Below, piece by piece: positions 56,726 through 63,579 of a DNA stretch of 64,000 nt. This DNA comes from an uncultured Bacteroidales bacterium (GTDB taxonomy: Bacteria > Bacteroidota > Bacteroidia > Bacteroidales > UBA11471): assembly GCA_947589325.1 (NCBI GenBank), contig CANQAM010000002.1, positions 39,415 through 103,414 on the forward strand, given 5' to 3'. The translations under genes and the position numbers were made by a program. The notes under the pieces were generated by a model, which did not search any database, had not been told where the DNA came from, and saw only the letters and a program-made list of their open reading frames with translations. Position 1 is the stretch's first letter. Each line of letters opens with the position of its first letter.

Positions 56726-58245
56726 TACTTTTCTGCATATAGTTTTTTAATTATAGTTCCAACCGCAACCGCAATAGGTCGCGGTTTTTCATTATTTAGA
56801 TACTCAGACCAAGCCTCAGCAATAAATTCAGCTGCGTTTTTATGTCCGTAGGAGGACAAGTTCTCCGTAATATGCGCTTTGCCTTTTGACATTTCCTCAT
56901 TATATATTTTGAGGAAATCCTTGTGAGTACGAAGTCCGATAAGTCGGTCAATTTCGTGCCCGAGTTCGTGGTCAAAAACAGCTTTCAATGTACCGGTTCC
57001 AAGTGGATGCCCTTTTGCCTGCACATCCTCTTCAAGCGACTTGTCTATTTTTTCACCTTTCCATGATGTATTGAAGCAAATGCCAGATAACCCCCAATCC
57101 TTAAATGCGCCATGAGAATAGGCATAAGTGTTTTTGCCTGCCCTTACTTTCATGCGGGTAATCCACCGGCTTACTTCTTTTTTCAACACTTCGTCCCCAA
57201 ATTTTGCATAATATGGGTCTGCCTTCAGTTCTGCAAGTTTGCGCTCGGAAAGTAGTTTAATGCGCCCAAGTATAGTGCCGACGAATAGTGTCTCTTTTTT
57301 TAATTCGGGGAAACATTGGAAATGCCTTTCCACACTCCTGAAAATGCTTTCTATTTGGTTCATGTTACTTTTATTAAATCCGGTCAAAGAGCATTTGACA
57401 CCCAATTTATCGCAAAAGAATTGTTCGGCTTCCTCGATTGTTTTTGGCGTCCATTCCGCAGGGGTATAGCCATTAATAGCTTGTTTCACCTGTTCGGGGT
57501 CCGGGCATTTGTAGTACGGGTGCTTTGGCGGAAAAAGTTGTAGCGACTTTCCGGCATTATAGCGAAATATAGACCCTTTTTTCCCGCCTGTACAGTCTTC
57601 GCCGAGCCGCATGGCGGTTTCGGGATTGGAAAGGGGGTATTTGTTTTTGCGCACCTGCACGGTCGTACAGCGGCAGTTCCATCCGTTGGGTGGGAGAAAC
57701 ATCGACCAGAACGGGTCGTCAGGCGGCAGGGTTATGCCGTTCAATGCGGCGTGTTCCTCGCGCACGCGGTCGTCGCCGGCCGTCCGGTATTGCAAGTCGT
57801 AACGGTCGCCGTCCTGCTCGAAGTCGTGCCATTTGGCTGCCATTTGCGACGCACCGACAGCATGGTTGTATTCCGCGTACAGGTAGTTATGGTTGTACTT
57901 GGCATTTATCTTCCGCACGTCGGTCAGGAAGTCGTCGAACGGTTTGATGTCGCCTTTGTCGGTCAGCAGCGACAGGCCCACTTCACGCAGGGCGTGGTAT
58001 GTTTTGAAGCCGGAAAAGACGAAAGCGTTATTTTCGAGCGCGTAGCGAATCGTCTCGGGAACTTCTGTCGGCAGTTTGCTGTTTATGGCAGTCTGCAATA
58101 TCCGTAAGGTCTCTTCGATGAGCGCTCTCGACTCGGAAGCTGCCAGTTGGTCGGGGGTGAAGCCCTGACTGTCGTAAACGGTCTGTGCCGCCTCCTCGAA
58201 GAGGGAGTCGTCGAAGTCGAACGGGCGGTCCTTATCCGCCAGCAA
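56692..58245 (-). CDS. MuF/SPP1-gp7-family head morphogenesis protein fused to a C-terminal anthrax-LF-like zinc metalloprotease domain; start uncertain
   Basis: The reading frame is open from 58992, but there is no in-frame ATG between 58944 and 57843. The first plausible independent start is TTG 58245; alternatively it is entered by a -1 shift from the portal frame at 58341-58335. MuF motifs: YRTAGDDRVREEHAALNG and PPNGWNCRCT. C-terminal motifs: HELGH (56956-70) and NLSSYGHKNAAEFIAEAW. Confidence 0.8.
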   Translation of the reverse strand: MLADKDRPFDFDDSLFEEAAQTVYDSQGFTPDQLAASESRALIEETLRILQTAINSKLPTEVPETIRYALENNAFVFSGFKTYHALREVGLSLLTDKGDIKPFDDFLTDVRKINAKYNHNYLYAEYNHAVGASQMAAKWHDFEQDGDRYDLQYRTAGDDRVREEHAALNGITLPPDDPFWSMFLPPNGWNCRCTTVQVRKNKYPLSNPETAMRLGEDCTGGKKGSIFRYNAGKSLQLFPPKHPYYKCPDPEQVKQAINGYTPAEWTPKTIEEAEQFFCDKLGVKCSLTGFNKSNMNQIESIFRSVERHFQCFPELKKETLFVGTILGRIKLLSERKLAELKADPYYAKFGDEVLKKEVSRWITRMKVRAGKNTYAYSHGAFKDWGLSGICFNTSWKGEKIDKSLEEDVQAKGHPLGTGTLKAVFDHELGHEIDRLIGLRTHKDFLKIYNEEMSKGKAHITENLSSYGHKNAAEFIAEAWSEYLNNEKPRPIAVAVGTIIKKLYAEKYQYSGSSAPST

Positions 58246-58306
58246 AAGCAGATTTTTGCCGTATAACGACTCGACGGCGGTATGGAACGCAGCGTATTTG
58301 TCGCGC

Positions 58307-58341
58307 AGCCCCTCGCAGTCGGAGGGGCTTAATCGAAAAAA
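58307..58341 (-). other. Candidate -1 programmed ribosomal frameshift signal (slippery heptamer, spacer, stem-loop)
   Basis: On the minus strand: U UUU UUC (58341-58335) in the portal frame, a 5-nt spacer GAUUA, and a stem AGCCCCUC (58329-22) / GAGGGGCU (58314-07) with a 7-nt loop. The -1 frame is the MuF frame. Confidence 0.55.
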
Positions 58342-59573
58342 GAGTCGGGTTGTGTTTTCGCCTGTCGCGTACCGGTGATGGGAATGTTGTACCGATCGAC
58401 GAAATACTGCGCGTCGATCTCGAAATATTCGAGCAAAAGGCGCTCCTCTTCCCGTAGTTCGGCCGGGGTGAAAGAGGCGGCATCGTCCCACCGGAACGCG
58501 AGGCCCCGCACGGGGAAGCCGTGCTGCACCATGAGCGGCAGGAGCCGGCCGTTGATGACGTTTGCCAGCATTTTGGCGTCGGCCTTGACGACATCGTCGA
58601 AAATTTCGAGGTGCGTCTCCGACTGCGAGAGCGACGAACCGCTGTCTATCGTCATTGTTTGCATCAGAATGCCTTTGGAGAGCTCGCTGTTGCACCGGTC
58701 CACACGTTTGTCGTACACGTTGTAGGCATCGCCCCTGCTGCTTTCCTTTATTTCGATGTCCGTTCCTTCTGGGAACAAAGCCCAGAAAGCAGCACCCATT
58801 TTGTCGAGCGCGGTTTCGATGCGCCGACGCTCGGCCTCGTCGGTCGTATTGGTACGGGCCACCCGCATGGGCGCCCCGAATATTTCGCCGAACATGTCCC
58901 AGAAAGCAAGCATGTTTTTTTTGCTGATGCAGGCAGGCGCGCATTTGAGGAGCAGGCCCAAATCTTTGGGCTTGCCCACTTCGACGCACCACAGGGCGAA
59001 ATCGCCCTCGCGGTACGGTATGCCTGTGCGCCAGTCGGCAGACGGGTCAGGGGTGATGACGCCGTATTCGGGGCATACGTGTTTGCGCGGGACGAGCTCG
59101 ACACCGTCGAAGCACATGCCGTTTTCGTCGGTTACGACATCGCCCAACTGGATCAGGCTGTGCCCCCAATAGCGGCTGTCCAAGGCAAGGTCGCAGAAAT
59201 CGCCAAACCACTCTTTTTGCAACAATTTCGTGGCCTCGGCGTTTTCTTTTCCGTCCTTGCCTACCAGCCGAAAATCTTTCTGCAACACTTTCCCTTTGCG
59301 CTGGCCGATGCAGCCTGTGAGATGCAGATCGAGCAAACAGTCTGCATAAATATCGTAGAGGCGTCCCCTGTTGGGAGTGTCCGCACTGATGGCGGCCTGA
59401 TGAGCCTGCCGCCACGTTGCAATATCCTTTTTGGTAAGGCTGTCGGTTTGCTGCAAGAGCTGCGCGGTCAGTTTTACCCCCTGCCGGCTTTTGGCGAAAC
59501 GCATCAGCCTGTCCATATCTGCCGCCGGAGTGTGGCGGTCGAAAAGCTGTTTTATACTGCTTATGAAGTCCAT
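58329..59573 (-). CDS. Portal protein (DUF935 / Mu gp29 family)
   Basis: 414 aa. It lies between the terminase and MuF genes. Overall resemblance to gp29-type portals (…WRTGIPYREGDFALW…MRVARTNTTDEAERRRIE…). Confidence 0.8.
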   Translation of the reverse strand: MDFISSIKQLFDRHTPAADMDRLMRFAKSRQGVKLTAQLLQQTDSLTKKDIATWRQAHQAAISADTPNRGRLYDIYADCLLDLHLTGCIGQRKGKVLQKDFRLVGKDGKENAEATKLLQKEWFGDFCDLALDSRYWGHSLIQLGDVVTDENGMCFDGVELVPRKHVCPEYGVITPDPSADWRTGIPYREGDFALWCVEVGKPKDLGLLLKCAPACISKKNMLAFWDMFGEIFGAPMRVARTNTTDEAERRRIETALDKMGAAFWALFPEGTDIEIKESSRGDAYNVYDKRVDRCNSELSKGILMQTMTIDSGSSLSQSETHLEIFDDVVKADAKMLANVINGRLLPLMVQHGFPVRGLAFRWDDAASFTPAELREEERLLLEYFEIDAQYFVDRYNIPITGTRQAKTQPDSFFD

Positions 59574-59637
59574 TTAATTGTTGGTTAAAGAACGTTTAAC
59601 TTCGTATGAAATGCCGGCTGCAGCCGGTAGTCTGGCA

Positions 59638-60057
59638 TTAATAATCGTATTTGTTGGGCGGCATCGAGCCGTAGCGCACGGGGTTGTGCGCGTCCGTTTC
59701 GCCGCCCTCGCCCGTATAGGTAGGCAGGTCGGGCGATGCCTTGGAGCTTTGCACGTCGCGCAGCCACTGAATGGCGTCCTTGTAGAGGCATTCACGCCGC
59801 TCGTGTCCCATATTCTGCGGCAGCCGGTGGATCATCAGCCAAAGGGTGATGTTTACCGCACATTGCACGAGAAACGGATTCCGCTCGTGACCCTGTGCAG
59901 CAAAAGCCGCCTGCATATCGTACCGGTGGCGGGTATAGCTGCATATCTGTTCTATTGCCGCCTGTTCTGCGGCGAGCCGCTCGGAGGTGTTTGCACACAG
60001 CTGCTCCAGCTCGAACTCATCGCATACGCTTTTATAGTCTTCTTCTGTCAAAAACAT
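59638..60057 (-). CDS. DUF1320 / Mu gp36-like head protein
   Basis: 139 aa. MFLTEEDYKSV...IEQICSYTRHRYD...NPFLVQCAVNITLWLMIHRL pattern. Confidence 0.6.
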   Translation of the reverse strand: MFLTEEDYKSVCDEFELEQLCANTSERLAAEQAAIEQICSYTRHRYDMQAAFAAQGHERNPFLVQCAVNITLWLMIHRLPQNMGHERRECLYKDAIQWLRDVQSSKASPDLPTYTGEGGETDAHNPVRYGSMPPNKYDY

Positions 60058-60305
60058 GGTCGTCGGTTTTTAGGGTATGCTACATATATCGCGCGTTTCA
60101 TGGCCTCTGCGGAGGTGAAACTTTTTACAAAACGGCGCTGCCGTATCAGATTTTTTATTCCCTGCATGGAGACCGCGACAGGTTTGCCGTCGAATACGAT
60201 CACCAAGTACTTTTTTCCGTACCGTGCGGCGTGGCGCGTCGCTTTTTTCGTGGCGCGTCGCAGCCGCCACTCAAACACCAGTGTCTTAAATAACTTTTTT
60301 ACCAT
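60048..60305 (-). CDS. Hypothetical small basic phage protein
   Basis: ATG 60305 (MVKKLFKTLVFEWRLRRATKK...). It overlaps the TerL stop by 7 nt and the next gene's start by 10 nt. Confidence 0.5.
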   Translation of the reverse strand: MVKKLFKTLVFEWRLRRATKKATRHAARYGKKYLVIVFDGKPVAVSMQGIKNLIRQRRFVKSFTSAEAMKRAIYVAYPKNRRPCF

Positions 60306-61843
60306 AATATGTTTTTTGCATTGTTCCGCCTGCCAAAAGACGGAGTGAAACTGCTGATACGGGTATCGCGCTGCAGGTACCATATCGCGCCCTCGTCGGC
60401 ATCGGGCGCATCATCGTGGCCGCGCATACCCCGTTCAAATGCGAGTGTCTGTTCTATCCCCGCCTGCATGTCGGGGTCGTCTTTTTCCGTCTCGTTGTAG
60501 GTTACGAAACCGCGCTCCCACAGGGGGCTTATCGCCTCGATACGCTGAAACTTGTCGGGCTTCTTGCGTTTGTCCGCACTGATTGGCAGCTGGTAGCCGC
60601 GCAAATCGCCTTCGCGTCGGAACTCGTCGAGGATGGTGTCTTGCATGAAATTGGCCTCCATATACCATTTGATGGCGATACCCTGCGACTGGCTCCATTC
60701 GTAGAGGTCGTAAAGCCAGCGCACCATTTCGGCGACGCTGCACTGGCGCACAAAGGCTTTGATATGCCACAGTTGCGAACCGGCTTTGCCCCACAACTTG
60801 GCGGCCTTGTAGTCGTTTTTCGTCGTGCCCTTGAAAGACGGGTCGATATACAATACCAGTTCGTCAAACTTTTTCAAATCGGGCATTTTGCCCCACTTTA
60901 TCCAGTCGTTGCGGAACACGGCTCCCTCGGTTATCGGGTTGTTCATATACTCCTTTTGGAAAGAACGATAGCCCTGAAACTGCTCGATGGCTCTCACCTC
61001 TTTGGGTGTCCATTTGGCCGCCCACGACACATTGCCGTTCTTGTCCCAGACATTCACCTGCGAAACGTGCACGCCGTTTGTGGCGGCTATATTGGCCAGC
61101 ACGCTGTTTTTGGATATCAGGTTGCCGACCATGATGAAACGTCCGCGTCCGCCGTCGAGCGCCCCGAAAAGCGCCTCTTTAACCCAGTTTGTCAAGCGGG
61201 TAACGCGGGCGGGGCTTTCGCACAGCTCATCGTCGTCGAGGTCGTCGATGACGATGTAGTCGGGGCGGTGCGAGCGGTAGCGCAGACCGCGCGGCGACTG
61301 CCCGCGGCCTCGTGCGAAGAATGCCGTGCCGTCTTTTGTTACGAACTCGCCCTCCTCCCACGAACCGCCGTTGTACTGCTGCCCGAAGTCGTGGATATAC
61401 CGCTGGTTGAACTGCAACTCCGCCTGAATGTCGGAGAGCAGCGTGTTGGCGTTGTCCTCGCTTTTCCCCACCAGCACCATGACGTTGAGCTGTTTGTTCT
61501 GCTGGCATTTGAGCCATAGCGGAATGAATATGTCCATGTGCGTGGACTTTGCAGCTCCTCGGTGCCATTTGAATACGGCTCTCAGGTTACGATTTTGGAG
61601 AATCTTGCTCGCCGCTTTGATGTGAAACGGCGCGCAGGGCGTCCGCATGCCCGTTTCCGGATTTACGGTGTAGTGCGGAAAATAATAATCGACAAAAGCG
61701 GCATAATCGGCCCGCACGTGTTTAATGCGCAAGGCTTTGTCCTGCAAAGTCTCCGCCGTATTTACGGCCGTAGCGGCCTGTACGGTTTCGCAATGTTTCT
61801 GCCACCTTTCGATGGCGTCTCTCAATATCGCTTTCTGTATCAT
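60299..61843 (-). CDS. Terminase large subunit
   Basis: 514 aa. ATPase Walker A-like WHRGAAKST and Walker B YIVIDDLDDDE. C-terminal nuclease-like half. Confidence 0.88.
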   Translation of the reverse strand: MIQKAILRDAIERWQKHCETVQAATAVNTAETLQDKALRIKHVRADYAAFVDYYFPHYTVNPETGMRTPCAPFHIKAASKILQNRNLRAVFKWHRGAAKSTHMDIFIPLWLKCQQNKQLNVMVLVGKSEDNANTLLSDIQAELQFNQRYIHDFGQQYNGGSWEEGEFVTKDGTAFFARGRGQSPRGLRYRSHRPDYIVIDDLDDDELCESPARVTRLTNWVKEALFGALDGGRGRFIMVGNLISKNSVLANIAATNGVHVSQVNVWDKNGNVSWAAKWTPKEVRAIEQFQGYRSFQKEYMNNPITEGAVFRNDWIKWGKMPDLKKFDELVLYIDPSFKGTTKNDYKAAKLWGKAGSQLWHIKAFVRQCSVAEMVRWLYDLYEWSQSQGIAIKWYMEANFMQDTILDEFRREGDLRGYQLPISADKRKKPDKFQRIEAISPLWERGFVTYNETEKDDPDMQAGIEQTLAFERGMRGHDDAPDADEGAIWYLQRDTRISSFTPSFGRRNNAKNILW

Positions 61844-61869
61844 GGCGATTGTTTATTGTTTGCCCTCGT

Positions 61870-62343
61870 TTATTGAAATTTGTTTTGCAGCAGTTCGTTG
61901 ATATAGAGGTCGTGATACCGGTTAATGGTTTTCAGCAGCTCCGGCGTGATTTTGTCGTCGAAAGACATGCGGTATTGCATCCATTTGCTGAATGCCATAA
62001 ATACCTCTATCACGTCTACGATGGACGCCTTTTTGTCGAGCCGCTCGATGGTCGATGACAGTTTTGCCAGTTTGTCGCCTAATCCGGCCATTGCCTCCGG
62101 ATCATCGCTGTCGTTCACCTGTTCTATCAGCCGGTCGATGGTGTGCAGCAGTTTGTTTACCAGTTCGGGGCGGGTGATGTTTGCCGCGGCGCGCTGTTCC
62201 TGCCAGCCGTTATCGGCGGCCCACTTGGTGATCGTTACCGCCGACACTCCTACTTTTTCGGCGATTACCTTCTGGGCTTCGCCCTGCATAAACAGCAGGC
62301 GGGCATATTCACGCTTTTCTTCGAGTTCTTTTTTTGTTGCCAT
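61870..62343 (-). CDS. Terminase small subunit-like DNA-binding protein
   Basis: 157 aa. N-terminal HTH (ARLLFMQGEAQKVIAEKVGVSAVTITKWAADNGW). It lies directly upstream of TerL. Confidence 0.65.
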   Translation of the reverse strand: MATKKELEEKREYARLLFMQGEAQKVIAEKVGVSAVTITKWAADNGWQEQRAAANITRPELVNKLLHTIDRLIEQVNDSDDPEAMAGLGDKLAKLSSTIERLDKKASIVDVIEVFMAFSKWMQYRMSFDDKITPELLKTINRYHDLYINELLQNKFQ

Positions 62344-62488
62344 TCATATCGTTTATGTTTTCGGTACCGCTACGCGCGTTTTCCGATGTGCAAAATTGCG
62401 TCCGATATCTTATTATAAAAAAAAGATATGCAAAGTTTTACACTCTTTTTGCCGTCGTGGTCGGCAATAGAGATATTTGCATCGCAAT

Positions 62489-62561
62489 CGCAGGGTGGAG
62501 CAGCTGGCAGCTCGCAAGGTTCATTCCCTTGAGGTCGGCGGTTCGAATCCGTCCCCTGCTA
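62489..62561 (+). tRNA. Phage-encoded tRNA with CAU anticodon (Met/Ile2-type), atypical
   Basis: Hand fold: CGCAGGG-TG-GAGC-AGCTGGCA-GCTC-G-CAAGG-TTCATTC-CCTTG-AGGTC-GGCGG-TTCGAAT-CCGTC-CCCTGCT-A. Oddities are a C1:U72 mismatch, U at position 37 and no encoded CCA. Confidence 0.7.
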
Positions 62562-62576
62562 CAAACAAATTGACGA

Positions 62577-63560
62577 ATGGCAAAAGATGTAATCATTAGC
62601 ACCAGCGGCCTGAACTGTTATGGTGGCCGCGTGCTGACCTCGGGCATCGACCTGACACAGTTCCAGAAAAACCCGCTGCTGTTGTGGATGCACCGCCGTA
62701 GCTTCGAGCGTGATGCAATGCCTATCGGGCGCATCGACAACCTGCGTATCGACGGCGACCGCCTTATCGGCACGCCTGTTTTCGACCAGAACGACGAGTT
62801 TGCCAAAAAAATAGAAAGCAAGTGGGAAAACGGTTTCCTGCGTATGGCTTCAGCGGGACTCTCTATCGTAGAAATAAGCAATGCACCCGAATACCTTTTA
62901 CAAGGGCAAACCCGTGCGACAATCGTACGCAGCCGATTGGAAGAGGTCAGTATCGTCGATATGGGCGGCAATGACGACGCCTTACAATTGTATGACCGCA
63001 GCGGCAAGATGTTGAAGCTCGCCGCTGGCGTGGACAACCCTGTATTGCCGCTGCTTTCGCTCGAAAAGGATTCCGAGGGGACAGACCCTCGCAACGTGGA
63101 AAATCAAACCAATCAAAATCCAAAAAAGATGAATGAAGAAATTTTGAAGCTGCTCGGACTGCCGGACTCGGCTACCGAACAGGAAGCGGTAGGCGCACTT
63201 CGCCTGCTGAAAGAAAACGCCGAGAAAGGGGAAACACTTCGCCTTGCCGGCATTACGGCTGTTGTGGACGCTGCCATTGCCGAAAAACGTATCACGGCGG
63301 ACAAAAAGGAGCATTTCGTGAACCTCGGTAAGACGGCCGGCCTCGACGCGCTGCGCGAGACCCTTTCACTGATGCACCCCGTCAGCAAGCCCACAGAGGT
63401 AATCCGCCAGAAAGACGCGCCGCGTGCCGATGAACCGAAGACCTACGCCAAATTATCTGAGGTGCCGGCCAAACAGGTAGAAGCGCTGCGTATGGAAAAA
63501 CCGCAAGAGTACGAGCGGCTTTACAAAGCCGAATACGGCATTGAAATCCCGAAGAAATAA
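62577..63560 (+). CDS. Prohead protease with C-terminal scaffold region (Mu gpI-like)
   Basis: 327 aa. N-terminal protease-like half (NPLLLWMHR...MPIGRIDNLRIDGDRLIG...MASAGLSIVE). C-terminal helical scaffold-like half (EEILKLLGLPDSATEQEAVGALRLLKENAEK...). Confidence 0.75.
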   Translation: MAKDVIISTSGLNCYGGRVLTSGIDLTQFQKNPLLLWMHRRSFERDAMPIGRIDNLRIDGDRLIGTPVFDQNDEFAKKIESKWENGFLRMASAGLSIVEISNAPEYLLQGQTRATIVRSRLEEVSIVDMGGNDDALQLYDRSGKMLKLAAGVDNPVLPLLSLEKDSEGTDPRNVENQTNQNPKKMNEEILKLLGLPDSATEQEAVGALRLLKENAEKGETLRLAGITAVVDAAIAEKRITADKKEHFVNLGKTAGLDALRETLSLMHPVSKPTEVIRQKDAPRADEPKTYAKLSEVPAKQVEALRMEKPQEYERLYKAEYGIEIPKK

Positions 63561-63579
63561 CAAAAAAAACAACAAAACA

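Noticed and set aside
56692-58992. The ORF-track 766-aa ORF taken at face value as one gene starting at 58992.
   Set aside because: Its first ~220 codons lie inside the portal gene in another frame and translate to Arg/Gly/Pro-rich low-complexity sequence. Recognisable MuF sequence starts only after the portal stop. The upstream part is treated as an open shadow frame; it is relevant only to the frameshift hypothesis.
55485-62488. An active invertible (Gin/shufflon-like) segment as the explanation for the flipped head block.
   Set aside because: By eye I found no matching inverted repeats at the two borders. The left border is only a 12-bp gap between converging stop codons. No invertase or recombinase gene lies in or near the block. 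The idea is kept only as an architectural observation and needs a computational inverted-repeat search and read-level checks.
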